Shown: positions 25,101 to 38,100 of the stretch, piece after piece
Position numbering within the stretch: position 1 is the stretch's first letter
Layout of the letters: every line of letters begins with the position of its first letter
Source of the DNA: Tubiluchus corallicola
Taxonomy: Eukaryota > Animalia > Priapulida
Length of the DNA stretch: 64,000 nt
NCBI GenBank assembly: GCA_030141605.1
Contig: JAQGDQ010000020.1
Coordinates: 310,001-374,000 of the forward strand
Reading direction: 5' to 3'
Notes under the pieces: generated by a model
Told to the model about the DNA's origin: nothing
The model's database searches: none
The model's input: only the letters and a program-made list of their open reading frames with translations
Program-made: the position numbers and the translations under genes

Positions 25101-26726
25101 ACGTCCTGTGATCGCTGCAGCTATTCATTCTGCTCTCTCAATATAGGCTGATGTTGTTTTCGCGAAGCGAACTCACTTAAGTACTGTCACTTACAAATTA
25201 TAGCAATGATATTTGCGTGGCAGTGCCTTTGCATTTTGTCTTTTTTGCTACATATTGTACATAGTTTTAACTAATTATTTAACGATAGAAACAGGTACAT
25301 TTACTGGAGATGGCGCAGATTCAATCCAATCAGGCGGATGTCTGATTTTTGGGCAAGACCAAGACAATGTGGAAAGCGGCTTTGAAGAACGACAGAGCTT
25401 TCGAGGATGTGTTACAGATATTACAATATTTGACAGCAAATTAGAGGAAAATGTAATAGGTAAATAAACTAATTATTCAGCTGGAAAAGAGATACTCTTT
25501 TATTGTAAAGCTGTTATATTTATCTCAAACTGTTTGTAATTACTGTGGCAGATTTTACTTATATACAAAACGATTACTCTTACTATGATATGCAAAATTT
25601 ATAATAATTCTGGTCGCAGTCATTACGGTTCATGTTACAATGTCGTAAACTGAAAGGCATATCAAAGTATTAGCATATGAAAATGCAGATTATCAGGGTC
25701 GGATTTACTTATAGACTAGACAGGCTGAAGCTGGGGCCTTAAAATCCGGGAGGGGGCTGGCTCTGGTAATGGTAAAGTATAATTATCTTATTACTGTTAC
25801 AAGTCTTTCCTATGCATTTTGTGCACTAGTTTCTAAATAAGCCTTCTATTTTATTCAATAATATCTCTGGGTGCACCCTGAATTATTCTTTTCTAATAAC
25901 TATTGAAGATTTGTTTTAGTGATGTGAAAGAAGCAAGCTAATTATTATTTCAATTTGACGGCAATTTCTGCCCCAGTTGTAGCGAACTGAGCAGTAGACT
26001 TTTAAAAATCAGTTTATGTATCACCTGAAGATAAACTAGCAGGCTAATTTTTCTAAAAATTCCCAATAATTCTTTAAAATCTTTGCAAAACTCAGTTCTT
26101 GCAAAAGTTTGCAATTGTTTTTTTATTTATGCATTGTTTTTACTAACTACGGTATTATGATATTCATCATCCTCGGCTTCACTAAAACTCTTCCCCTTCT
26201 ATAGTCGTAATCGATGGTGGTGCATTGGGATGGGCCTCACAAGTAGAGCAGTCAAGGGCCTCTCTTATCTAATTAAGTCGGGCCCTGCAGATTATAATCA
26301 GTGAAGCTGCAAGTAGAACTGTGGGAAGTGAACGATGTGCATTTAATTAGAATAGAATATCATATAAGAATTTATACTTTAGGTAATAGCAAATGTAATT
26401 AAAAATGTTCCAAAATCTTTATTTCAGAAGCAATGAGCACGAGTTGTTCAAATACCGGCACTCTGTTCACATGGGGTGATATAACAATGGAGACAGTCAG
26501 CGTACAGGAAACCGCGTCAACTTGTCCTAGTGCAGTGTTTACGGAAAGATGCATTTTAACGGAAGAACAATTTGAAACTTTAATCAACTTTCTGATCAAC
26601 TTTGCACAACAAACTGCTTCCTTAATCTGTGATGCCTTTGAAATTTTACAGCATATCTATGAATTTTTGGCCCGTATTGCAAAACTATTCAAAAGCGTCA
26701 TTTCAAAGAAAAAGCATTACCATTAA
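19103..26726 (+). CDS. Secreted pentraxin-domain protein A1 with N- and C-terminal helical extensions (7 coding exons, ~350 aa)
   Basis: Exons 19103-19181, 20032-20142, 22744-22871, 23324-23481, 24641-24747, 25289-25459 and 26428-26726 are all GT-AG with compatible phases (1,1,0,2,1,1), totalling 1053 nt open. Motifs: VFPERGTEDY, MTTCMWMKT, SYAT..NQ, WHYVCIGWS, VDG, GGCLIFGQDQD..GFEERQSFRG, LFTW. N-terminus MNTAVVILMTFIAESSA is signal-like. AATAAA at 26765. The exon 5 donor (GTCCGT) is weak. Confidence 0.9.
20636..22326. mobile_element. Foldback-type non-autonomous element (Academ-like termini) in intron 2 of A1
   Basis: Ends TAGTC...GACTA. There is a long imperfect inverted repeat (about 21090-21340 vs 21560-21770, extending outward to about 20800 and 22270) with recurrent AAAATGGC motifs. 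Confidence 0.65.
23837..24329. mobile_element. hAT-like MITE(s) with ACCGATACCGA subrepeats (also at ~55992-56476)
   Basis: Two left ends AGTGTT(A/G)TTCCGAAC (23837, 24169) and one right end TCGGAACAACACT. No clean TSD. Confidence 0.6.
25694..26287. mobile_element. hAT MITE in the last intron of A1
   Basis: Imperfect TIRs CAGGGTCGGATTTA / TAAGTCGGGCCCTG with an exact 8-bp TSD CAGATTAT. Confidence 0.88.
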
Positions 26727-29397
26727 GGTGCTACAGTAGCTATACAGAAAACTACGAATGCAAGAATAAAAATCTCGATAGGTATGTTGGGACTGATAAG
26801 TTTTTCCCCCAATAAAAAATTAGATTAAATAGGCCTGTCTATTAGATTGCCAGCAGCATTGCGTTGTCTTTTCTAGTTTTAGAAAATAGGTTTGATTTAA
26901 TGTTGAAACACTTCTGCATAAAAGCTAGTATAACAAACACATTCATTTTAAACATAAATGTTACTAGGTTAATACAGCATTATTAAAATTAAACACAAAA
27001 ATTTAATGATAATTCTTTTATTATTTTGTTGCAGTGTGAAACTTTATTTAAATTATAAAAGCCATTAACCATTATTGCTGTACACTTAATTAATTTGAAA
27101 AATTAAATAAATATTATCTCTAAGTTTATTAAATGCTGAAGACAAAATATGATTAGATGTCAAAATATAATTTAGACATTTGTGATAACCATCTTACATT
27201 TAAAAATTGATTAAAAGCTTTGTACAGGCAAAAATAAGTTGCTTTAATTTTGTCGGTGAGGTCACTGGTATCTCTGGTGCATTTAACAATTTGCACACAC
27301 ATGTGCTAAGTCACACAATCTTACACAAATTACATCACAGCATTACAAACACCACAGACGACCAAAAATAATCTTGGAATATATCAAATAAGAAGGCAAA
27401 CAATTTATTTACTAAACTACAGCTGTACGGAAACTATAGGAGTCCTGTATAGTGTTCCATTGCTGGCTGTATAAACAATAATATACTGTATACTCCAGAT
27501 CAAATCTATGATCTAAAAATAGACTGTTATTCACAACTTTCTGGGTTAAAAATGCACAGTAATTAGAGATTATAATTAACATTTCTGGTTAAATTTTATG
27601 AAAACTATATTTTACCTAGATCAGAAGTTACTGACCAATTTTGCAATGATCATAATTGTTTTAATATTACTATTGTAAGTTGTAACTCACAAAAACATTT
27701 TAGATAAACCGATACTAACTTATTTCAGCCTGCAATTTCTCAAACATGCTTTATTTAGGATTAACATGCCTCATGGCATTTCTGCAAATGAATGTAATGA
27801 TAGTAATTTTAGTGGCTACACACATCTACTACTCAACACAAAGCCAAAGAAAAGAGCAGCGAGTATCAGTCTTTTTAGTCTTCTTTTCCTTTTAAACCTG
27901 ACATTAAGTCAGTACACCTGGTCTGCTCAGGCTCAAAACTGTCATCGGTAAATTGCAGAGAACCACAGAATAGAAATTTACATTGTATATTACCATTCTG
28001 TGGTTCTCTGCACTTTACCGCTGCCATCTAGGTAAGTGGTGCCTTTGCCTTGAGTAACGTAAAGATAAAGTGTTGGTGAGTTACCGCAAAAATTAAGACC
28101 TTGAGGTCTTATTGATTTCTCAGCCTAGGGCCACAAGGACAGTTCTGTTTTCAGGATTTCAGTGGTGAGTAACGTGATTCAAAATAGCTTCCGTTAGGCT
28201 TTTTTAAGAGATATGGCTTCGCAAATTAGGCATTTCGACCCCTTCGTCTCATATATTAAGGGAAACATCTCGTTTGTGCAATTTGCTATATTTCGGTTAT
28301 TTTCGGATAAACAAAAAATCTTATTCTATGTTTCATGGCAAATCTGTTATGTTATGTATTTTTACAGAACCTTTAAAGGAAGCCATGTCGTTTTTTTCCT
28401 ATTGCCCAAGATATTAAGAATTGCATTGACAACTGCATGTTTAACACCTTGTGAAACAGCAACAGTTCGGGTTCGACCAAAAGGGGCGGGTGTTTATAAC
28501 CAAGGCCTAGTACTTTACTTGCTTATTTTTGTTTGGATAAGTTGTACTTCTTATAAGAACAATAGCTTTTCAAAAATAAACATATTTCGACGGTTTTCGG
28601 GTCATAACTCAGGCGGGTCAAAGGGTCACGACCCAAAATTATAAGGCAAGGTGACCTTCTACCCTGGCTATTTGGGTAGACCAAAGTAAACCAAATTTGG
28701 TCAAGTAGCCCTGTCTAGTTTTTTAGTTATTCCTAAAAGATTCGTATCTCAGAACTAAGCCTCATAGAGCAAAAATTTAACCAGATTCTGAATGTGCACA
28801 TTCTCAGTATCTAGCATCTTACATATCGCCACTTTATGGCTAAATGAAACTCGCAATTTTGAGTGGCGCACGCGATTCTACTTTACGTTTTAGGGCGAAA
28901 CAAATGATACATGGTAAGTCTCTGTATGGCTTTCGTTCACTGAGCGTTTAAGGGAAACCATGTTGATACCTGCAATATATAAGTATGGTACCGACATTGG
29001 TCCAGAAATACGGGCGTAGCATGGCTGGCCTGTGGCAGTGGCAGCTGTGTGGCACATCGTTGGATAGAAAATTGAAACAATCACCACTGTGCTCCGTCTT
29101 GGTAGGTGGCGCTTCTTGTAGGAGTAATTTTTCATCAAAGATGGACATATTTTCAATTTTCGGGTCCTAACTCAAGCGGGTCAAAAAGTCACGACGCAAA
29201 ATTACAATTTTGATGCTTAACTTGAACGACGGAAAAAATTTGGAATACAGCTTGTATTTGAACCAGTGACATTTTACTTACAAGAAGACGCTTTAAACGA
29301 CTGGGTCACTGTATGTCTCCGCGAAAAATCCAGTCCGAAATTCATTCCTTTTGATCACAAAATTTAATAACTTAATTAAATGTGGCTTTGTATCGCG

Positions 29398-29402
<5 letters not shown>

Positions 29403-29465
<63 letters not shown>

Positions 29466-29474
29466 CACACACAC
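29403..29474. repeat. (CA)n microsatellite
   Basis: Seen directly. Confidence 0.97.
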
Positions 29475-29773
29475 GTGCTTCCGTTCTTTCCTCGCCATAA
29501 TTATCTTCTCCTTATCTCCCCCATCTCAAATTCTCGCACTTTCTGTAATAGAGTTTGCAACTATGCTCAACCTTAATTATAAAGCTGTTAAAAAGTTGTA
29601 TACTCGGGCTGTAAACTCTTGCCCCTTTATTATTTTTCAATTGTCATTCCGTTAAATGAGTCGTGCTAATAACTGCATGCAAAATAATTGTTTGGTGGAT
29701 TATACAGTAAAATAAACATTAAAATAATAAAGGGAAAAAGTCTATGCTCTGTATATTTTTATGCTCGAAATAA

Positions 29774-29933
<160 letters not shown>

Positions 29934-32759
29934 TCCTGCTGTAGTTGTACCAATTTGAAGGATTATAAAACAAAATAAACATTAAATAAATCTTATTATG
30001 GCTTAAATATCGGCCAATTATGATTGCCATTTTCTGTTCAACAATTCATTTATACTTGTACGCCTACTAAGTACTAAGGCGTCAAACGCATTGTACTGAT
30101 TTCTTATTTTTTTAAAAATCCAGTTTCATTTATAGTTTTAGTTTCGACTATGGAACTTCTAATCGTCACCCATACATAACTAGGTCGATTTTTCTTAGTG
30201 AAATCGCAGTCATATAGGCTGAAGTTTTTGGTTCATTTAATTTCTTAAAAAAATAAGTGAAGCATGCAGTGATTTGCGTGCCAACGGTCAAAGCGCAAAA
30301 AACAATCCACTTACATAAAATTTAATAATTCGTCTCTTTAAATTTTATACTACTTACGCACTGTCTTTTTGCATACAGGGCTTGTGTCGGAAGTAACGCT
30401 GTATAAAACATGTACATTTAAATTTCAGCGGTGACCGCTAGACGCAGCCAAGTAATAATCAGAACATTCGTAGCGCACATGTCACTAGCTAAGCTAAATT
30501 TTAGATTACTGTTTCTTGTCAATAAAATTAAAAATACGTTTTCGGTTAGTGAGCAGTGCACCGGGAGGTGTTTCAACGACATTTTACCAATTGGTGAAAA
30601 CATTTTAAATAACTAATAATTTTCTTTTCTAGTTACATACGTCTTTCAAGCAGGTAAGCGAAATGCTAAGTCTCTTTGCATGGAAATTTTTTTGGGACAT
30701 AGTTTAACATTTCCTTTTCTTCCTCTGATTTACGTTGTGCGTATATGACGTCATGTAATGGCGCGGTCGGAACAGATTTAAAATGAAAACAAACAAAAAA
30801 TTCTTTCAACGCGAGTACGGTACATGCACAAAGTTTCTATAAAATAATATAACTTTTAAGGTGATTTTTCTGAAACCTACTTCAGGTATCCCTTTTCTTG
30901 TCCTTTAGCATTGTTTCTTATTGAAAAACAATTTCATATAGTGAATGACATGTCTATTTGAACGGAGTACGCGGTACTGGATTTTTTTTCATTCAGTCCA
31001 GCAGACTACAAACTGTATTATCATAGTCATGTAGGCTTCTTGGCTATCACCAACATCTTGTGAAGGAATAAAGAACTTATACTTCCTTTGTCTTAGTTAC
31101 TACGGAAAAAGCTTGCTACATAGTTATTTTTTAGCGTTAAATCGTGTAATTAAAGTTTCATTTGCTTTAAAGTTGTGATCTTTTCCGTTAACAATAAACG
31201 TACAGCCACGCTCACAACAATGTAACAGACTGACGTAGCGCGTCAATTGTAAAGTAAATTATTAAGAAAATATAGGTAAATGAATAAATAACTGTAAATA
31301 TAATCGAGTGACTTTTTTATTGCTGCGCCTGGTTTTAGCTGAAAGCAACTTACATTATTGTTAGCGGCAATTTGTTATGGTTCACTGGTAATTCCTGTAC
31401 CGTGTCAACGCTAGTTTTTGCTGTCAGAGCCGGTCCATAACAAGGCTAAAAAGTGAAATTTAATAGTAGCATAACAAGGCTTATGGATTAAAACGCCTTT
31501 AAAGGTATAAGCGGCTTCCCAATATACTCGTGGAGGCAGTAACAACGGTCGTTGCTTTGACTACGAGCCAATAAGCTTATTTAAAAGTTTTTCAAATGTT
31601 CTCTTGTCGTTACTGTATTTATTTCTCGGACACACCACTTCTTTAACGGTATGGTAATTTGGAGACGCAACAATCATAACATAGAAAAATTGAAGGTGCC
31701 TCATAATTGTCACTACGTAAACTAAGAAGCCATTTGACTACAGTGTAAGAGCTTTGTTTGTCAAGCACAGGGTAGTTTGGTTTTACTTTAAGAAACTATT
31801 TGTATAGTTTATCTTGTAGGCTCTGAAGTATTGTATATAGTTCTTTAATTGCGACTTTAAATAGTAATGTCATCACCAGTTTGGTGCAACCCACTCACTT
31901 GCTCAGGAGTAGTGTGTAGATTATTTTTATTCGTCTAATTAAAGTGCTTTAACTTTATATTATATGATAAATGTGATATGATATGATAATAATTGTGTCA
32001 TAAATTTGTGTGTCTAGGTGTAATCAAGGTCCTTGGTGTAATACAATTTTGCGTATTATTAATATTCATTTTGATTTTTGAGCTTCATGTCTGAATATGT
32101 CGGTAATTTGAATGTATTATCTATTTATCTATATTTGTTTTTTTATATATATTTTTTTGCGGGTATTCGTCTCTTAAATATCGGTAAACGACAGTAATTT
32201 GTGAGTTTTGTAACTTTATATTCATTTGTCTGTGTTTGTTTGTAATTTGAATTTGATATGAACCTCGAATCCGAAGTGAAACAATAAATGTAAAAGTAAA
32301 TAAATTATTAGGCAGAAACGCGTGTCAAAAACGTCACAAAAACGTTTTGGTAACATTGCATATAGCAGTAATTTTTCTCTTTACCACAGGTCACTTACTT
32401 CAAAGGCTACTTTATAACATTCTTGTCGACTACGCCGCAACAGCAGTTTGTTGTGGTGGTCCAAACGAATATATCTAGAATCTTTTTCGTCTCGCTTACC
32501 TTTTAGTAAATAAAGGTCTTCCTTTATCAATGAAGAGATGGGTAAGCTTTTCAGTTGAAATAATTTCATTATCGCAAGTAGCATTTAAAAATTCAAAACG
32601 TTCAAATTTTATTAAAACTTAGAAGCCAAAAAGTACATGCCATTTGAAATAATTTCTTTATTAATACCCGATTTACACTGACAAAGCTAGTTCAGACCAA
32701 AACGTCTTACTAGTCTTGCCTCAGTCTGGCATTTAAACTTGGCCTGTATTTAATTGGCC

Positions 32760-33130
32760 TCTGTTGTGTAACTCTGCTATGCTTGATGCGGATTAAGTCT
32801 GTTTCAGTGCAAGTTAGATAGGTTTTTGCACTTGGCACAGGTTCTTCCCTATACAATGTAACTCGGTCCAGTCTGACTTGATGCGGACTAGGTCGTTTAC
32901 AGTGTAACTTGATCCATACTGACATTTTCACTTAATACATACTTTATGCTCTGCAATGCATTTCAGTCTAGTTTATCATATACACTTGGTACAGTTAAAA
33001 TCCTATGCAGTGTAACTTGACCCGATCTAACATTTACATTTGGTGTATGAATCATGTGCAGTGTAACTCGGTCAAATCCAACATTCACACTTGCTTTACG
33101 GATTTGGTTTTCTGCAGTGACTTGCTCCTC
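32760..33130. repeat. Highly degenerate ~50-bp tandem repeat, about 8 units
   Basis: A recurrent CAGTGTAACT(T/C)G..C...CT.ACATTT.CACTTG core occurs at about 32766, 32807, 32856, 32902, 32956, 33010, 33061 and 33117. Confidence 0.65.
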
Positions 33131-33669
33131 TGCAGCATAACTTATTACAGTCAAACTTTCACACATGGTATTATGTAAGTCGCGCAAAAGTCTTTGTCCA
33201 CAAAAAATAAAATCAATTTCCTTTCTAGTATTAGTGGATAATTTATTGCCATAAACAGTACAATATTATAACAATGCAGCTTAAACATCTCTGAAAAAAG
33301 AAAGTGATGCACAACTATTTGTCTATTTATTTTAGTATTCCGTGGCTGGATTTGTTTTTGCTTGTCTGGATATAATGGCGCAATCAGGTGGAAGTCGTAA
33401 TGCATACAGGGGAAGCAGCGGCTACGGAAGGAGAAAGGCTGGAAATATATCGGGTAAGCTACTTTGTAAAGTGTGCGGCCTTATCAAACTGTAGAAAACT
33501 GACTAATTATATTAGTTGCATATGGTAGGAAAATTATCTGCGAAAAGTTTTTTGACCGAAATTGTCTCAGACAAAATTTTCCTGCATACGACAACTTTTG
33601 TATGAAGCAAACTGTGTCATGGGTGATGATGACACGTGATCAAAACAATTGTTTTTGTTGATCTGTTCT

Positions 33670-33747
33670 GGGCCCGATTTCACAAAGCCGTTAGTAAAAT
33701 GTAATAACGACGTCGTTAACTTAGTGACGGCTTTGTGAAACCGGCTC
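33670..33747. mobile_element. Small palindromic MITE (Harbinger-like termini)
   Basis: GGGCCCGATTTCACAAAGCCGT ... ACGGCTTTGTGAAACCGGCTC inverted repeat. Confidence 0.55.
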
Positions 33748-34215
33748 CTGGTTTAGTCTGAGACAGACAACAGCGCGATCAATTTGTCTGAAACAGAAAA
33801 TTAAAGCACGTTAATAAACAAAGTTGGTAAAATGTTTGAGTCCTCAAACGAGTAAAAGTCTGTCTCATACAAGTTATTGCAAGCGGGTTTTGCATTCGTG
33901 TGCGCCCTGAGTCAAACTAGGAAAGCTGCAATGACAATATTAACAGTGTTTCAAGTTTTAAACCTTCCTTCTAATTACTTTTTATCATTGATCGCACGGC
34001 CTGGCTGCCGATAAAGTTCAATTTAAAATTATTTGTATCATATATAAAACACTACATGGTTTGGTATCTGCACACTCATCTGCATAGATCTTCTGATACG
34101 CCGTTACATAAACCGAACACTTAGAGTATAACGATAATGAACTACACATGCAAATCTAAACAATTTATTTTTTTTTTAGAAATTATTATAATAAAATATA
34201 TCATACTTTCAACGC

Positions 34216-35109
34216 GAATGTAAGTAAAAAATGGCACAGAAAAAATATCACAGTAAAAATGGTTCAAGAATAAAATGGCGCAGAAAAAAATGGCACAAAT
34301 AGAAAGTAGATAAAAATGGTACGCCTGGTAAAGTATTTAGGGTTGGTGTAAGTATATGTGTTTGAGGTTAGGGTTATAGTGGGGGATAATGGGAATAATT
34401 ATTTTAGCTACTTCTGCCAAAGAAGCCATACTTCAACACAGTTTGTTCGTTTGTCTGTTTGTTTGACTGTTTTCGTCTGTTGAGGCAGTAAGCCTATTAT
34501 GCAAAAACTATCTAACAGATTTCTAAGAAACTTTGTGAAGAAAGGCGGGCTTAGGGGGTGCCAAAATGGGAATCTTTGTGCCGGTTCTTTTTTCTCAAAA
34601 CTTAACCGAACACTACGTACAAAAAATATTCGTGAAGTACTCCATGAAGATCTCAGACGGAGTGTTTAGTTCTTCTTTTTTGCTATCTCCACTCAACTTT
34701 CTTTATTAATGTGTAGTGAGGGTTTAGTACTTCTTTTTTGTTATCTCCACCTAACTTTTTTTATTAATGTGTATAGCCTAATAAATGACTTGGTAGGTAT
34801 ATATCTGTCAGTCTATTACAATTACCAAAATGAATTGTTAAACGATAGGTAAGCACTATGTGGGACAATGTTTATCTTTGTGTTGTTTTTTTTAATCAGA
34901 AGAATCAGACGAATAAGTTTAGGATTGTTCAGCTTTGGCAGAGATCTGCTTCTACTGAGCGCATTCTAGTTTTATTATTAAAATTAATTGCATCAAAATA
35001 ACGTATGTGCCATTTTTCTGTGCCGTTTTTACATTCTTTTCCATTCGAGCCATTTTTACCAGTGCCATTTTACTGTCATTTTTTCCTGTGCCACTTTTAC
35101 CGCGCATCC
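34216..35109. mobile_element. Composite MITE+Helentron element, copy 2
   Basis: Same modular TIRs and TTAGGGTT motifs, inner subTIRs at 34410-34422 and 34933-34944, and CTGAGCGCATTCTAGT end. It holds a single diverged monomer of the 47-bp unit at about 34612-34656. Confidence 0.75.
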
Positions 35110-38100
35110 TTCATCTTCAAGGCAGAAGGGTTTCATAACAAACAATAGAAGTATCTCATAATCGCATGGAAAGTACAAAGAAAAAGACTGTAAAAGCTTC
35201 AAGGCCATTAAAAATCACAAAGCCTGCTAAAAATAGGTAAACAGTAAATCTAACTATATAAATACAGGTACCACATAGAGCAGTCAAATCCACCCTACAC
35301 CACTGCACATGGTGTCTTAAAAAAACGCAAGATCTGAGTTTTAATATGTAAAAATAAATTTGATTTTAATTGCGCAGTTTTTAGCTTGTAACTTAATTTG
35401 AAATATTATTATTTACAGGATATTTCAACCCATTGCAGCCCTACCTTCACAAGTTTAGAAAGGCAGTTAAATTTGGAGTTGATGATATAGAAGGTAATTG
35501 CACGTGTACACTAACTCTAATCGCAGCCAAAACTAATTGTGACTTTTTCCTGAGTTTGATATACTGCTATGATTATGATAGTCACTGAGTACAAACCTAG
35601 TTGCCCGTCTTTTGATTTTTTTCCGATGTATGACTATCCTTTTAAAGTGTTGGTTCCAGATTGTTGTGTTGTACTTCATCTCCGACCTTACCAGCGAGAT
35701 GTAATTATGTTGTTTTATTGTTTCTGTCTGTTGTTCAGGTCGAGTTGTAAAAAATTCTAAGTGGCTGCCTGTTTTGCCATAATGTCGACATGGTTATTGG
35801 TATTCCTGGTTTTTGCTTAAATGTAACACCGATATACCTCGCCTAGTCTTCAATTTCAAATTGTACATTGCTTAACTATTATGTGAACAAAAACTTTAAT
35901 CTTCATCTGCAGAATCTCATTTAATTGTGCTGAAAAGCATAAACTGCCCAATTTTGCAAAGTATTGTCATTCTGAAGTAAAACCCGATCTTGTGCAGTGC
36001 AAATTTGTCAACACATACTGCAGTCATCTGCAAATAACCTTATTTTGCTGATTTTTTTGCGGATAGCATGTACAGGATTATACCTCAGCCAGGGCCGACG
36101 CGGAGTCCATTTAGAAAATTTTTGCCCCCTATCCTTCGAAAGCTGAAGCTGAAGATTGATATTTTATGCTTTGTGTTGTACGCTAGTTTCAGCCAAAAAG
36201 CGCCGAGATCTTGATGTTCCACCATTAGCCACAATGATATACTAAAAATTGAAAGCCCATATGAAAGTTTTAATGTGACTTATACTAAGTCACAATAATT
36301 ACTGATATACTCTTTGTGCATAGGTTTTCTCAAAAAAGACTAATCTGGCTTTTTTATAAAAAAATCTTTCAAAATCATTGGACTCATGGCTGTGTTGTCA
36401 TTTTCTGAGTTGTTCTTGTTTTCTTCATCCTCAGCACGTTGTTCATTTTCGGCTGCATTAGTCTTTGCCAGTGCTCGTTTATGATTGCTGCTCAGATAAC
36501 TTCGCCCTGTGTCGCTCTTTCCGTGTTGAGGATTTGAACATCATTCACAAATTAGTAAAATTAAAATCTAATGACGAGAAAACTAATCCATGTAGGGCTC
36601 GCCAGTTATCTTTTTAAAAGGTAAATGGTGGCGATAATCTGAAATTACAAAATGATCAGCAAAAACATTGAAACATAGATATACGAAGAGAGACAGGATA
36701 GTTTAACTGCCTGCATAGTATCACGAAACTTCGTGCACACTAGACACTCATTAATGCGTCATAACATCCTCCGCTAGCGCGTGTGCGCGAGGCCCAATTT
36801 GAACAAATCTGTCTGATTGGCTTAAAACCGGCCTTCAGTTTCATGTCAAAACTAAATTCACATAAAGCGCAGTTCTTATACATAGTCAGCATATTGGAGT
36901 CAATGAAGCCAAAATTGTGACCTTGAAACAAATTTGATCTCATTTCATTTGGAGTAACAAACTTTATTGTTTACTTTTACATTGTTCATTTGTTGACATG
37001 TAAAGTAAAAGCATTCAACGTCACAGAAGCAGAATCTACCAGGATTAAGTGATTTTAATGCTTGAATTGTAAGATTTCTGCAAACGTATCAACTTTGTCG
37101 TTTAAATTTCTAATTAGTACTCAGGCTTTATTTTAGGTTTTTTAATTCCAGGCTTAACACCTACGTGTTTTTACGTTGAAGTTGCACCACAAGTTGAAAC
37201 CGACGCGACGATGGTTACATTTCCTATACGTGGAACTAGCGACTATATAAAGCTAAACGATGTCATTGATACTAACTTGGATGAAATAACAACGTGTATG
37301 GTAAGTAAAATTTGATCAAATTCTGTTTTGTTTTAAAATTTGTTTCAAATAAAAAACTAAAGCTATGCAGCATATCCAAAGGAGGAAAATGTTCTAAGAA
37401 AAGTATAGCCAATTTAACAAGCACGGAGATAATTCTTAATGTCAAGAAACAGTACAATAAGCCTTTTCACAGGTCCAGCGATTGATGATGATCGTGAAAA
37501 GGTTAAACGTTAAGTGTACCAGACAACGCATTTGTGTACACTTGACAACGCTTCGCAGCCCTTCCTGATAATAATAACAGTTTTAACAGCTAGCTAAAAC
37601 CTTACTTAGTTTTCTTTTTCTCTTGTTCCCAAGCAAGATCTTACTAGTAAATCATTCTACTCACAGACTAATGAATAATTAAGTAAAGTCCTCGTAAAAC
37701 AGTTGAATTTACTGAACTGTCGCTGCAGACGGCTTTACTTTACCCACATGTCACGTGCCGGTTGTAGTTGAGATGCGTTGTGTGACACTCTTAATCTTTG
37801 ACCTACAGCAACTGCTCGTGCACACAACAAAACTGTAGAAAGGTTTAATAAAAAATCCTCCTCCCTCCCAAAAAAATATACACGACATTTCAAACCACCA
37901 CTATGAATCATCTTTAAGTAAAAAGCACAAACGATTAAACATTAATGTTTTGAACTTTGTAATATAAACGTATTCACTAAAGTCACGTGCAAAGGAATGC
38001 AAGCAGAGGAGAAGCACTATGCACATAGTAAATAAAAACCACAAAAGAAAAAAAACACACACAAAGCACTAGTCGCAACAACTCAATACACGATACATAA

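Larger units (their letters stand above)
18352..28020 (+). repeat. Direct segmental duplicate of 50382-60267
   Basis: Collinear similarity runs across all exons, introns and intronic MITEs of gene A. About 3% substitution in exons by hand count, with small indels in introns. Confidence 0.97.
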
